From Octopus sinensis (lineage: Eukaryota), in assembly GCF_006345805.1 (NCBI RefSeq), contig NC_043022.1, forward strand, positions 6,944,001-7,008,000: 64,000 nt of DNA, read 5' to 3'. Positions 1-14,084 of the stretch are shown here, piece after piece. The notes beneath the pieces were generated by a model. It was given only the letters and a program-made list of their open reading frames with translations. It had not been told where the DNA came from and did no database searches. Each line of letters opens with the position of its first letter. Position 1 is the first letter of the stretch. Made by a program: the position numbers and the translations under genes.

Positions 1-740
1 AACAACATATAGTACCAGCATATGGACACTAACCACACACACACACACACACTATACCAGCATATGGACACTAACCACACACACACAACATATATACCAG
101 CATATGGACACTAACACACACACACACACACATATATACCAGCATATGGACACTAACCACACACACACACATATATACCAGCATATGGACACTAACCACA
201 CATATATACCAGCATATGGACACTAACCACACACACACACACACATAATCAGCATATGGACAATACCACACCCCACACACACCATATATACCAGCATATG
301 GACAACTAACCACACACATATATCCAGCATATGGACACTAACCACACATCACACACCATAATAACAACACATATGGACCACAACCACACCACACACATTA
401 TACCAGCATATGGACACTAACCAACAAACACACATAAACAGCATACCACTAACTAACAACAACACACAAAATACACAACACACACACCACAACAGATATT
501 CCAGCATATGGACCTAACCACACCACACACCACCATATATACCAGCATATGGACACTAACCACACACACACACATATATACCAGCATATGGACACTAACC
601 ACACACACACACACAACACACATATATACCAGCATATGGACACTAACCACACACACACACCACATATATACCAGCATATGGACACTAACCACACACACAC
701 ACATATATACCAGCATATGGACACTAACCACACACACACA
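1..740. repeat. Minisatellite, ~36-40 bp unit ATATACCAGCATATGGACACTAACC(AC)n
   Basis: Constant core CCAGCATATGGACACTAACC recurs throughout, with a variable (CA)n linker; the array runs off the window start. Confidence 0.95.
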
Positions 741-945
741 TACGTACACACTACATAAACGCACACAAACACGTACACACAATGCACAGTGTAGATGGCA
801 TGTGACTTAAACTCTTTCTTTCAAAAGCGATGAATCAACCAAATTGTTAGAACATCCAACATTGTCAGTGGCTGGTATTTAGTCCCGGCCCTTTGCATTC
901 TCACTTCAAATCCCTTTTGGGTTTAAAAAAAGACTGGGATTGGTT

Positions 946-1330
946 TCAACCAACCACATGGTTCCAGGTTCAGTCTCACTGCGTGGCATCTTGGGCAAGT
1001 GTCTTCTGCTATAGCCCCGGGCAGACCAATGCCTTGTGAGTGGATTTGGTAGACAGAAACTGAAAGAAGCCTGTCGTATATATGTATATATATATATATG
1101 TACGTGTGTGTGTGTTTGTGTGCCTGTGTTTGTCTCCCTAGCATTGCTTGACAACCGATGCTGGTGTGTTTACGTCCCCGTCACTTAGCGGTTCGGCAAA
1201 AGAGACCGATAGAATAAGTACTGGGCTTAGAAAGAATAAGTTCTGGGGTCGATTTGCTCGACTAAAGGTGGTGCTCCTGCATGGCCGCAGTCAAATGACT
1301 GAAACAAGTAAAAGAGTAAAGAGTAAAGAG
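946..1330 (+). mobile_element. tRNA-derived SINE family A, 5'-eroded copy
   Basis: B-box-like GGTTCAGTCTC, internal (TA)/(TG) microsatellite and (GAGTAAAA)n tail; matches many other copies in the window. Confidence 0.9.
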
Positions 1331-1340
1331 TATAACCCTT

Positions 1341-1610
1341 TAACCCTTTTAGCAATTCACATTATTCTGTTAAATGCTAATCCTTATTTATTCGCGTTGT
1401 CTTGAATCAGTCCTGCATTATCTCATAGCTTTGAGATTTCAATGATGTCATTATGTTTAGGGTAGGTGTAAGAGGGTCAGGTTTGGCCAGCTGGGTCTGG
1501 ATATAGCTGGTTTACATGCTAAAGGGTCAAAGAGAGTAGGGTGTTTGTCGAGGGAGAGATTTGGCCAGCTGGGTCTGGATATAGCTGGTTTACATGCTAA
1601 AGGGTCAAAG
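1341..1610 (+). mobile_element. piggyBac-like MITE (CCCTTTAGC termini) with duplicated 3' ~70 bp
   Basis: Starts TAACCCTTTTAGCA and ends ATGCTAAAGGG twice; homologous to the intact copy at 28690-28915. Confidence 0.7.
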
Positions 1611-2639
1611 AGAGTAGGGAGTTTGTTGAGGGAGAGATTTGGCTGTTGCATTGTATAAGGTCACGTGACTATAGAGAAAGCTTCCTCACTGATTCATGTG
1701 GTCCCTATTTTAATTAACCCTTTAGCATTCTTCAGATTACCCTCTCAAATATAAAGCTTATTTATTCCCATTGTTTTGAACTAATCAGACATTATCTCCT
1801 AGCTTTGAGATTTCAATGATTGGATTGCTTTATTCTTAGAATGACATTGTCAGGTAGGTGTGAGAGGTAGGATCTGGCCAATTTGAGCCTGAAACCTGTA
1901 ATTTTATTTATGGTGGGCTGCTCACTAGAACAACCATTCATAGTACAAGGACAGGATAGGGATATAATAAGGACCAGTTAAGGAGCAGCTGGAGCTGCAG
2001 GTGTGACATGGGGGCATAAAACAGATCCTGTTTTTTCTTGTAAAGTTTTGTTTTGTTTGCCATGGGAAAACAAAAGGGATGGACTTCCAGCCAGAAAGTC
2101 TATGCAGTATGATTGCGTAGATGTGTCATAGGGGACACGGTGAGGGGTTGGGGTTGTATTAACTGATGAAACAGAACTTTCTGGCCATGACCAGCTTCTG
2201 TTGGAAATAATATATCCAAGATAACATTATCCAGTGAGTCCTCTCCATTCAATCATTTACTTGTTTCAGTCATTTGACTGTGGCCATTCTGGGGCAGTGC
2301 CTTCAAGAATTTTGGTCGAATGAATCAACACCAGAACTTTTTTTTCATTTTAAGCCTGGTACTTATTCTGTTGTTCCTTTTGCCAAACTGCTAAGTTACA
2401 GGGACGTAAACAAACCAACACTAGTTGTCAAGTAGTGGTGGTGGTGGGGTAGAGACAAAAGCACAAGCAACTTCATACATACATACATATACATATATAT
2501 GCAACAGGCTTCTTTCAGTTGTCATCTACCAGATCCACTCAGAAGGCCTTGCTCGGCCCAAGGCTATAGTAGAAGATACTTGCCCAAGGTGCCATGCAGT
2601 GGGATTGAACCCAGAACCATGTGGTTGGTAAGCAATCTA

Positions 2640-3970
2640 CTTTATTTCATAAATATTTGCCATGAAGGCATTACAAAGAGGGGACGAAACAAGAATAGAC
2701 AAACATAAAAGGGTGAATTAGCTGTAGCGATTAAATATTTACAATTTAAAATTTACAATAATTTAATAAATATGTTTATAGCTTTTGACTTAAGCGTTGC
2801 TCATTACAAATGAAATTTGAAATGGCTTCTCTGAAGGATAGGCATCCGACCACCAGGGTAGACCCCTTGCTTTTTCTTTCCTGTTTTTGGCTTCCGCTTA
2901 CCTGGTGCCAAACACTCCCAGCGTCCTCGCCACAGGCTTCCATCTTCGCATGAATCTGTCTTGTGACAGGTACCTTTTCTTCATCTTGATCTTATTACTG
3001 AGGTGGTAACTAAAAAAGTTAACCAACCCCTGGCCGGATATAAAGGTACCCGATACTATGCCTCTCACACACGTCTTCCATACTGTTTCTTTCAGTATGG
3101 CTACTATGCAGAATAAGCAAGCCTTCCTTTCCCTGTTAAGGGAAGGAGGCGGCACAATCTCGATAGATTCAGTTGATAGCTGTACTCTTCCCATCGATGA
3201 CAACAGTTGCTCTGCGGAAACTATCAGTCCCGTTAATTCCGGATACGCCACAAATGCATGCAAGACGGTTTCCCTGTCCTGCCCGCACCTCGGACATGTC
3301 GGCGAGACGGCACTTCCATGCCTTGACAGTTTATCACGAACAGGTAACACAGCACAGAAGCACTGCCAAGCCAGAGATTTCTGGTAATTGTCCAGATACC
3401 CCGGCCCGAAAGTTCTCCGGAACAGGTTGATTAACTGATTTTCATCGTAGCCCATGGTCTCCTCCAACGCGTCTTCGGACTTAACCTCCACTAATTCTCT
3501 TGGCTGAGAATGTTCGCATCCTCAGCCAAGGCATCCCTAGCCCACTCTTTAGCGGTTTCTGGCAGCAGACAGAGCGCTTCACGAGTGGCTTCCCTTTCTT
3601 CCACAAAAAGTGGAAAAGGATTCTCTCCAACTTGTTCAGCCACAAATTGGGGCAAGGCACCACGGTCAGACGGCAGATGATAACCGATGCTATAAACATC
3701 TGTACCACCTCTGCCTTTCCTAGCAAGAATAACGCCCACCCAGACCAGGTTTGGGTTAGAGCACTCACCTTGCTGGCCACCTCACTCCAATTTTTCTCTA
3801 TCTGGAGGTTTGGCCCGAACCAGACTCCGAGCAGCTTAATAGGACCTTCCGTCCAACGCCCCACGACGTTATTGGACAGCATCGGCTTGCCCCTCCAGGT
3901 GCCGAGCTGCAAACCAATTGACTTGTCCTTATTAACCTTTGTTCCTGCCACCGCCTCGTAACTTTACCAC
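2640..3970 (-). mobile_element. 5'-truncated Tx1/L1-clade LINE: RT C-terminus, zinc-finger region and 3' UTR
   Basis: ORF 3481..3951 has GTKVNKDKS, IKLLGV, LGKAEV and GLGMPWL motifs. ORF 2898..3491 has CPRC..ETVLH (zf-RVT-like). There is a frameshift between them and AATAAA near 2641 on the minus strand. Confidence 0.88.
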
Positions 3971-4283
3971 ACATGCTTATCCTCTGCTGTCTAATGCCCT
4001 CATCCCTGTGGAGAGCAATGAGGTTTGAAGGACAGAGTGAGCTTTAAGCTCGGTCAGAGTAGCAGTCCAGTCAAGCAATTTGAATGAATCACTACCATGG
4101 CCAAGTTTGAAGTCAGTGATGTTTAGACAAATATTTAAGGCTACACTTGTATTGAGTTCTTTAATCAGTCAGTGTTGGTTGCATTTATATAAAAAAAAAA
4201 ATTTTGTGTAGACACACAAACATGCATCCCTTATCCCCAACACACACATATGTATATATATATATATATTATACACACATCTA

Positions 4284-4330
<47 letters not shown>

Positions 4331-4474
4331 TATATATATAATATATACATACACACACACACGCTCCATATATGTACATACGTGCATACACATACATATG
4401 TATATATTTTCCCCCACACTCATGCATGTGGTGTGTATGTGTTTTTATATACATATATTATACATATATATATG

Positions 4475-4546
<72 letters not shown>

Positions 4547-4699
4547 CTCTACAGATATGCCCATGCATGCACGCACACGCATACATATGTATAAACTCAC
4601 CTCCCCACAATGTGTGTGTGTGGTATGTACGGGTGTATGTGTGTGTGGTATGTGATTATATATTATATATATATATATATAGACATACACTCCCACTCA

Positions 4700-4758
<59 letters not shown>

Positions 4759-4946
4759 GAGAAAGTAAACAGAGAAAATGTTGTAAACTGAAATAACAAA
4801 AGTACCCCCTTCCCTAAAAAGTCTAAGCCCTTCCTCTGTTTAGACATCCTTCAGGCTGGGAGTGGATGAGAGAATGGGGACAGAAGGGTACACTGGTTAT
4901 ATATTACCAGGGAATGTGTTTATATATATATATATATATATACACA

Positions 4947-5033
<87 letters not shown>

Positions 5034-5039
5034 ATATAT

Positions 5040-6030
5040 GTACTCTACACAGATACGTCTTCAACAATCTTAACCCCTGATGGAGAAACATCATCTTTCT
5101 CAATCAAAGCCGGAATACTGGAGGGAGACACACTCGCCCCATTTCTTTTCATCATTGTTGTTGATTATGTGCTACGTATGTCAGTTGATACCATTTCTGG
5201 CAAGGGCTTTGAAATAAAACCAAGAAGAAGTTCCAGACACCCATCTGAGTACTTGACAGACACTGACTTTGCTGAGGACATCGCTCTTATCAGTGATTCT
5301 CTCTCCAATGCCCAGTCTCTTTTACAATCTCTCGAACAAGCCTCAAATTGTGTAGGTCTTTACCTCAATGAGACCAAAACTGAATACATAAACAAGTGCC
5401 TGTCCAACAGTGATTGCATCATCCATACTCTCAACAATGCGCCCTTAAAATATGGTTTCTGATTACAAATATCTTGGGTCATACATATCATCATCTGGAA
5501 AAGACTTTCTAACTAGAAAGGGTATGCCTGGTCAGCCTGTAATGACATGCATAAGATCCTGTCATCAAATCTAAGTAGAGACTTCAAACTTTAAATCTTC
5601 AAAGCCACAGTCGAACCAATTCTACTATATGGCTCAGAAACCTGGACGTTATCAAAGAAGCTTGAGAGGCGGTTGGATGGAACCTACACTCGCCTCCTTA
5701 TGAGAGCTCAAAATCTCTCGTGGAAGCGCCATCCAACCAAATGCAAATATATGGGAAAACTACCACCTGTGTCATCTTTGTGAAAGGTAGGAGAGTCCAG
5801 TTTGCTGGACATTGTTGTAGGCTGAAAAAGAAGTAAGTTTCTACCATCTCCTCTGGAAGCCATCTACTCTTGATACCAGAGGGCGCACACTCTCCTACCC
5901 TGATGTAATCTCCAGGGATACAGGCATCCAGCAACAGGACCTCCATAATGCCATGATGGACCGTGAAGTCTGGCGTAGCATGGTAAATTCCATTGTCTCG
6001 ACCACGGTCGAACGATGATGATGATGATAT
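5040..6030 (+). mobile_element. 5'-truncated, degenerate RTE-clade LINE with (GAT)n tail
   Basis: RT motifs GILEGDTLAPFLFIIVVDY and FAEDIAL (degenerate QGD/FADD), followed by GLYLNETKTEY; frameshifts downstream; ends CGATGATGATGATGAT. Confidence 0.9.
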
Positions 6031-6035
6031 ATATG

Positions 6036-6335
6036 TGGAGGCGCAATGGCCCAGTGGTTAGGGCAGTGGACTCGCGGTTTCGACTCCCAGACCGGGCGTT
6101 GTGAGTGTTTATTGAGCGAAAACACCTAAAGCTCAATGAGGCTCTGGCAGGGAGTGGTGGCGATCCCTGCTGTACTCTTTCGCCACAACTTTCTCTCACT
6201 CTTTCTTCTGTTGGCCTGCTTGCTTAGCCAGGGGGATGGAGTCATTTGAAGGCTAAAACAATGCGAAGCGCATTGTGACCAGCGATGTGTAGCAACATCT
6301 GATAGCCTGGTCGGTCACGGTGATCACGGTGATAT
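6036..6335 (+). mobile_element. tRNA-derived SINE family C with (CACGGTGAT)n tail
   Basis: A-box TGGCCCAGTGGTTAG; head and body shared with 45545-45915. Confidence 0.8.
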
Positions 6336-6866
6336 ATATATTATAATATATATATATATATATATAAGGGAGTGTGTATATATATATATATACATATATA
6401 TATATACTAGGGAGTGTGTATGTATGTATATTAGCAGGGAGTGTATATAAAGCTATTCTGTCTTGTTAAGCTTGACTCTTTCCAATCTTCTCCTCTTCTC
6501 CACTTTTTCTTGGGTTTTGTTTTGAAATTGTTTTTGGAAGAAACAAAAAATAAAATAAAATTCATTCCCTCCCTCCCCCTACCACCACCACTTGCTCACC
6601 CACCTCATGTCTTTTATTTTTTTGTCTTTTACTTATTTCGGTGATTGGGATGTGGCCATGCTGGGGCTCCACTGCACATTGGAGAATTTTTAATTGAATA
6701 AATCAGCCCTAGTATTTTTTTTTGTTTTGTTTTGTTTTTTACCAGCCTGGCACTTAATGTTTCAGTCTCTTTTGCTGAACTGCTAAGTCACAGGGACGTC
6801 AACACACTAACACCGGTTGTCAAGTGGTGGTGGTGGACCAAACAGATTCGCAAACACATACATCTG

Positions 6867-7465
6867 GGCACTAAGAAGCACCAGCTCAGCTAAAACCAGG
6901 AGTCAAAGACACTCCAAAGCGACAAGAATTAACACTAGATTTCTACAGGCATGGCTGAAAAGAAACTAAGAGAATAAGAATGGTGTCTTACCTTTGCCAG
7001 ATTGCAAGAAGGAATACCAATTCACCTGGTATCATGATTTCGAATTTAGCACCAAAAGGACTTGGTTCTCTTCAGCCAGATTTACTTGTAACAATATTGG
7101 TAATTCACTCTTATTATCTCTTAAAAGTAATAATGCTCGTTATAGATTTATAAATGAATTTTCTTAGTTCGTTATTTTTTTCAATGCCACTGCGGCCTCA
7201 AACGAACACAGGCATTTGTTGAAGCAAATTACCAATATTGTTACGAGTAAATCTGGCTGAAGAGAACCAAGTCCTTTTGGTGCTAAATTCGAAATCATGA
7301 TACCAGGTGAAATGGTATTCCTTCTTGCAATCTGGCAAAGGTAAGACACCATCCTTATTCTCTTAGCTTCTTTTCAGTCATGCCTGTAGAAATCTAGTGT
7401 TAATTCTTGTCGCTTTGGAGTCTCTTTGACTCCTGGTTTTAGATGAGCTGGTGCTTCTTAATGCC
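6867..7465. mobile_element. Fold-back element / MITE with ~240 bp terminal inverted repeats
   Basis: 6867-7106 is the near-perfect reverse complement of 7228-7465; AT-rich spacer of ~120 bp. Confidence 0.85.
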
Positions 7466-7476
7466 ATGATGTTATT

Positions 7477-7507
<31 letters not shown>

Positions 7508-7809
7508 CTAGCAGTATCGCCCGGCGTTGCTCGGGTTTGTAATGGAAATAACTATATAAGCATTTTTAGAGAGTTACTTCCCTTATATAATAGCAAAAAA
7601 ATGCATTAAAAATGGGGAAAAATGATGGTAAATTTTTTTTTAAATCATAGACTCATCGTAGACGCGAGCTAATACCCAGAAGGGCTCGATATGAATCACG
7701 ACTATAAGATACCCGCTTTTGGTTAAACTGCATCGCAAAATGTGGGAGTAGTTAGGAATCTAAATCGTAGGAGACAGACACCACACAACTTCAGTTTTAT
7801 ATATAAAGA
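7508..7809 (-). mobile_element. Non-autonomous Helitron
   Basis: Minus strand begins TC, ends with a CCCG..CGGG hairpin then CTAG; inserted at A|T with no TSD. Confidence 0.85.
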
Positions 7810-7834
7810 TATATATATTATATATATATTTCTT

Positions 7835-8054
7835 TTAATTTGTTTCTGCCAGTTGACTGTGGCCATGCCTTTAGTCAAACAAATCGACATCAGAACTTAT
7901 TCTTTGTAAGCCTAGTACTTATTCTATCAGTCATTTTTGCTGAACCGCTAAGTTATGGGAACGTAGACATACCAACATTGGTTGTCAAGCGATGGTGGGG
8001 GGACAAACACAGACACATGAACATATACATATATATATGTATGTGTGTTTATAC

Positions 8055-8089
<35 letters not shown>

Positions 8090-8248
8090 ATGGGTTTCTT
8101 TTATTTCTGCCTACCAAATCCATTCACAAGGCTTTGGTTGGCCTGAGGTTATAGCAGAAGATACTTGCTCAAGGTAGCACACTGTGGGACTGAACCATGT
8201 GGTTGGTAGTAAGCAACCTACTTACCCCACAGCTACTCCTGTGCCTAG
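7835..8248 (-). mobile_element. SINE family A, diverged copy
   Basis: Reverse complement of the family A body and head. Confidence 0.8.
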
Positions 8249-8297
8249 ATAATCTATTAATTTTGCCTAAATGGTTTTATGCTTGTGGCCATTAATA

Positions 8298-8694
8298 TTA
8301 CTCTTTACTCTTTACTCTTTTACTTGTTTCAGTCATTTGACTGCGGCCATGCTGGAGCACCGCCTTTGATCGAGCAATTCGACCCCGGGACTTATTCTTT
8401 TGTAAGCCCAGTACTTATTCTATCGGTCTCTTTTGCCAAACCGCTAAGTAACAGGGACGTAAACACACCAGCATCGGTTGTCAAGCAATGCTAGGGGGAC
8501 AAACACACACACGCATATATATACATATATACGACAGGCTTCTTTCAGTTTCCATCTACCAAATCCACTCACAAGGCTTTGGTCGGCCCGAGGCTATAGT
8601 AGAAGACACTTGCCCAAGGTGCCACACAGTGGGACTGAACCCGGAACCATGTGGTTGGTAAACAAGCTACTTACCACACAACCACTCCTGTGCC
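8298..8694 (-). mobile_element. SINE family A, full length
   Basis: (TTTTACTC)n tail at left; reverse-complement head ACCACACAACCACTCCTGTGCC at right. Confidence 0.92.
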
Positions 8695-8963
8695 TATTAC
8701 CTCTCACAACTAATAATGTTCTTTATATATTTACATGCATGCATATACAGATCTTGAGCTTCTTTCAGTTTCCATCTGCCAAATGCACTGCCAAGGTGCC
8801 ATGCAGTGAGGCTGAACCAGGAACCATGTAGTTGGGAAGCAAGCTTCTTACCACACAGCCCGTTTTATTGTTTTGGTTTTGTGGTTGTGTTCAGATTTGA
8901 CCGAAGACAATATCCTGCTGTCATTTCTACATATATATACACAGACGTTATACATTTCTACAT

Positions 8964-9386
8964 GCAGGAGTGGCTATGTGGTAAGTAGCTTGCTAACCAA
9001 CCGCATGGTTCCGGGTTCAGTCTCACTGCGTGGCATCTGGGCAAGTGTCTTCTGGTATAGCCTCGGGGACCAAAGCCTAGCTTGTGTGAGTGGATTGGAA
9101 CGGAAACTGAAAGAAGCCTGTTGTATATATGTATAGATATATATATAAGTGTGTGTAGTATATGTTTGTGTGCCTGTGTTTGTCCCCCCTAGCGTGCTTG
9201 ACAACACGACCGATGCTGGTGTTGGTTTTACGTCCCCGTAACTTAGCGCTTCGGCAAAAGAGAACGATAGAATAAGTACTGGGCTTACAAAGGAATAAGT
9301 CCCGGGGTCGATTTGCTGGACTAAAGCGCGGTGCTCCAGCATGGCCGCAGTCACAATGACTGAAACAAGTAAGAGAGTAAGAGAGT
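8964..9386 (+). mobile_element. SINE family A, full length
   Basis: Head GCAGGAGTGGCTATGTGGTAAG; GAGTAA tail. Confidence 0.9.
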
Positions 9387-9388
9387 AT

Positions 9389-10025
9389 TATATACACAGA
9401 CGTTATACATTTCTACATATATATAACAGACGTTATACATTTCTACATATATATACACAGACGTTATACATTTCTACACATATATATACACAGACGTTTA
9501 CATTTCTACATATATATACACAGACGTTATACATTTCTACATATATATAACACAGACGTTATACATTTCTACATATATATACACAGACGTTATACTTTCT
9601 ACATATATATACACAGACGTTATACATTCTACATATATATACACAGACGTATACATTTCTACATATATATACACGACGTTATACATTTCTACATATATAT
9701 ACACAGACGTTATACATTTCTACATATATATACACAGACGTTATACATTTCTACATATATATACAACAGACGTTATACATTTCTACATATATATACACAG
9801 ACGTTATACATTCTACATATATATACACAGACGTTATACATTTCTACATATATATACACAGACGTTATACATTTCTACATATATATACACAGACGTTATA
9901 CATTTCTACATATATATACACAGACGTTATACATTTCTACATATATATACACAGACGTTATACATTTCTACATATATATACACAGACGTTATACATTTCT
10001 ACATATATATACACAGACGTTATAC
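9389..10025. repeat. 31-bp minisatellite (CACAGACGTTATACATTTCTACATATATATA), ~20 units
   Basis: Highly homogeneous tandem units read directly. Confidence 0.95.
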
Positions 10026-10789
10026 TCGATATAACCAACATGTTTGTTTGATTTGTCTCCCTTACTCGGGGTGTTGGTATGTACAGCAACAGTCCCCAAC
10101 AGTTACATTATTGCAAAGAAAACCTCCTTTGCTGTGACAGTGTTTTCTTAAAGTCTTTTGTACATGAATTAGCCATTACTTGCTGTTTACACATTGGTGG
10201 ATTTAAGTGGTGGGGGGCATGGTTGGAAACAGGGTTTCCAAATCAGTTTTGTTTCTTCATATTTTTAGCTTTGAATGGTATAGTTAGACGTCAGTAGTCT
10301 TGCCGTATATTTTGGTAGGAATAAGTCTGTAGAATACATGGCTGCTCTCTTTTAAGAGTTGTCTTAGAACTGAAAGAAAGCCATTTTCCTTCTGCACCTT
10401 TCTTCTTTCCTCCCTTTCCTCTGTTCTCTCTCTCTCTCTCTTCTCTCTTCCTTTCTTTCTTTCTTTCTTTTTCTTTTCCTTTTTCCTTTCTTTTTACCCC
10501 CCCCCCTCCCTTTCTCTTTTTTTTCAACTGAAAGAAAATGAAAATTCTTCAAACTTCTATAACAATTACTGTGTGTGTGTGTGTATGTGTTTGTTAGTTG
10601 CTGGCATGTGTGAATCTGTGTGTGTGTGTGTGTATATGTTCATGTATATGTATGTGTGTGCATGCTTCCCCTCCCTGGAAATGGCCTGGATTCCATGTCT
10701 TGTTTACCATTGCCATTCCTTTTCCTCTTCTGCCTTTGTCTGCTTACCTTGGCAGTAAAAAATCATTTGCTATTCAAGCAAACACACAC

Positions 10790-11430
10790 ACACACACACA
10801 TGACAACACACACACACACACACACACACACATGCACTAACACACTCACACACACACACACATGCACTAACACACTCACACACACACACACACACATGCA
10901 CTAACACACTCACACACACACACACATGCACTAACACACTCACACACACACACACACACATGCACTAACACACTCACACACACACACACATGCACTAACA
11001 CACTCACACACACACCAACATGCCACAACACCCACACACACACACACACATGCACTACACACTCACACAACACACACACATGCACTAACACACACACACA
11101 CACACACACATGCACTAACACACACACACACACACACACATGCACTAACACACTCACACACACACACATGCACTACACACACACAACACACACACATGCA
11201 CTAACACACTCACACACACACACATGCACTAACACACACACACACACACACACATGCACTAACAACACACACACACACACACATGCACTAACACACTCAC
11301 ACACACACACACATGCACTAACACACTCACACACACACACACATGCACTAACACACTCACACACACACACACACATGCACTAAAACACACTCACACACAC
11401 ACACACATGCACTAACACACTCACACACAT
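10790..11430. repeat. (CA)n-derived minisatellite with CATGCACTAACACACT core
   Basis: Tandem units read directly. Confidence 0.9.
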
Positions 11431-11765
11431 TCTCATTAAGTCTCTTTCTTCAACCACATGCCTGTTGTCATTCTAAGGCAAGATTTATACACACACACAC
11501 ACACACACACACACTGTCTGTCTCTCATGCACACACACTAAGACAAGGGCTACACATACACACATTATGCTCCGCTTCACACACACACACAGACACACAC
11601 ACACACACCACACACATGCACACATCCTCATTCAGTCTTCCCCTTGCTTCAAACATATGGCTGTAGTCATTTTGAAGTAAAGTCTACACACACAGACACA
11701 CATGGATTGGTGAGTGTTTCTGTTTACAGATGGCTGGTGAAGTACTCAATACATAAAATAGTGTA

Positions 11766-11983
11766 CTCTTTTACTCTTTTACTTGTTTCAGTCATTTGAC
11801 TGCGGCCATGCTGGAGCACCGCCTTTAGTTGAGCAAATCGACCACAGGATTATTCTTTGTAAGCCCAAGTACATTCATCGGTCTCTTTTGCCCGAACCGC
11901 TATTGACGGGGACGTAAAACACCCAGCATCGGTTGCCAAGCAATGCTAAGGGACAACACAGACACACAAACACAGACACACAC

Positions 11984-12026
<43 letters not shown>

Positions 12027-12365
12027 TCTTTACTCTTTTATTGTTCAGTCATTTGACTGCGGCCATGCTGGAGCACCGACTTTTTGTACATTCTACGGTC
12101 TCTTTTGCCGAACGCTAAGTGACGGGGACGTCGTAACACACCAGGATCGGTTGTCAAGCAATGCTAGGGGGACAAACACAGACAACACACATATACATAT
12201 ATATACATATATACGACAGGCTTCTTCAGTTTCCGTCTACCAAATCCACTCACAAGGCATTGGTCGGCACGGGGCTATAGCAGAAGACACTTGCCCAAGA
12301 TGCCACGCAGTGGGACTGAACCCGCAACCGTGTGGTGGTTAGCAAGCTACTACACACAGCACTCC
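11766..12365 (-). mobile_element. SINE family A with duplicated 3' half
   Basis: Tail-to-(TA)n segment occurs at 11766-12025 and again from ~12025 with an internal deletion. Confidence 0.8.
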
Positions 12366-13565
12366 TATATATTATATATATACTATATATATATATATAT
12401 TATATGTTAATAAAAATATGCATATAATAAACATATATGTACGTACCTACCTACATGTACATATACACGCATATATGTGTAAGGACACAAAAAGAGTCGG
12501 ACACATAGAGAGACGAAAAACATGAGACACAAACCAAGGGAACAAGCAGGCAAAAAAAAAGAGATAAGGACAATAAGCACAACGAAAAATCCCCTTCTTC
12601 AGTCCTAAAGTTCATCTACAAACGTTTCGAAGGATAAAAGCGAGACGTATACTTCGAAGTGAAAAATCCTTCCTGCGAAAAGCAAATCAATTAAACTTCT
12701 GAGCTCTTGTCGCAGAGGGGTTAAAAAAAGCAAGACGGTAAGAAGTACAAACATAAAAACAGTAAAAAATATATATATATAAACAGTTGGAAAAATAAAT
12801 ATATAACAGTGAGAGGACAGGACAAGGAGAACAAGATAGAAGGGCTGTTAACGCCAGACGAAAAAAGTATTGCAATGCTGGACTATAGTGACGACGAGAG
12901 AGGGAGATGTCGACCAGTAGCCTTAGAAGGCGGCGAGCGAGAAAGAAAGGGACGGATAGCAGTTCGACGGAAGTACGTCCAGATGGCCGACGCGGAGATG
13001 GGAGAGAGGAGCAGAGAAAGAGAGAGAAGAAGGGGAAAATGAGTGCGAGGAGACCATGAAGAACAGTTAGTGAGGGGGAGAGAAGAGAGGGAGAGACAAT
13101 TTAAGTGAGGGAAAAAAGACGAGAAAAAAAAGGGAATGGGAGATATATATACGACAGGCTTCTTTCAGTTTCCGTCTACCAAATCCACTCACAAGGCATT
13201 GGTCAGCCCGGGGCTATAGCAGAAGACACTTGCCCAAGATGCCACGCAGTGGAACTGAACCCGGAACCATGTGGTTGGTTAGCAAGCTACTTACCACACA
13301 GCCACTCATATATTTTATTAAAAACAAATCTTTTTGATCTGATTCTTCAAATATTTGAAGTGTGGTAATAGCATGTTAATATATAAATTTCATATATCTT
13401 TGTAACTATTTTCTTATTTTCATTTTTGTTTTTTTGGTCTCTAATCAAATCTCAATGTACCATTGACTTTTCATATTTTGATATGTTTGTGTATATTTTT
13501 ACTTATGTACATTGTCAAGTTTGTTTCTCTCCTTTCTTTGAATAATGGGAAAAGGAAAATAAAGT

Positions 13566-14046
13566 TTAATTAAATCTCAGAATGAGATTGAAACAGTAAT
13601 CGCTCGATAATGTAAAGTATAGAAGCCATCTTATCATGGCTAAACCACATAGGGGAGGGGGGTGTACTGTAGCTTTATAGCCCCAAGAGATCGTCGTCTC
13701 TAGCTGGCTTTGACACAATATCAGTGTCCTTGGAGGTATTTGCAAAGGAGGGCCATCCCTTCCTTGCAAGGCCTGAGTGATACGCTCGAAACTAGTTTCG
13801 GGATTTTTTGTCCCTCGTCAACGGGCGGGGTGGTAACCACCAGGTAGCGATGTGATGAAAGTGAAGGCTGCTTTGCAAAATATATATAAGTTTTTCTAGT
13901 GGTGCCTGCCACTGATGTCGAAAAACGAACAGTAAGCATAATTAAATCTCAGAATGAGATTGAAACAGTAATCGCTCGATAATGTAAAGTATAGAAGCCA
14001 TCTTAACATGGCTAACCACATTGGGGAGGGGGTGTTACTGTAGCTA
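13566..14046. mobile_element. Unclassified interspersed repeat with ~110 bp terminal direct repeats (period ~372 bp)
   Basis: TAATTAAATCTCAGAATGAGATTGAAACAG...GTAGCT occurs at 13566-13675 and 13939-14046. Confidence 0.6.
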
Positions 14047-14084
14047 TGATTGAGGAAGCTTCAGCTTATCATAATACTAAAATA

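Noticed and set aside
1-740. CRISPR-like constant repeat with variable spacers
   Set aside because: The 'spacers' are only (CA)n length variants, the context is eukaryotic and there are no cas genes.
11766-12365. Duplicated SINE 3' half as a novel dimeric SINE
   Set aside because: Both parts carry many indels typical of noisy consensus; a local duplication or assembly artefact is more likely.
12600-12690. Hammerhead in a Penelope-like terminal fragment (minus strand GAAGGAT..ATCCTTC-GAAACGTT)
   Set aside because: A stem and GAAAC are present, but the CUGANGA core is not recognisable; at best a decayed motif.
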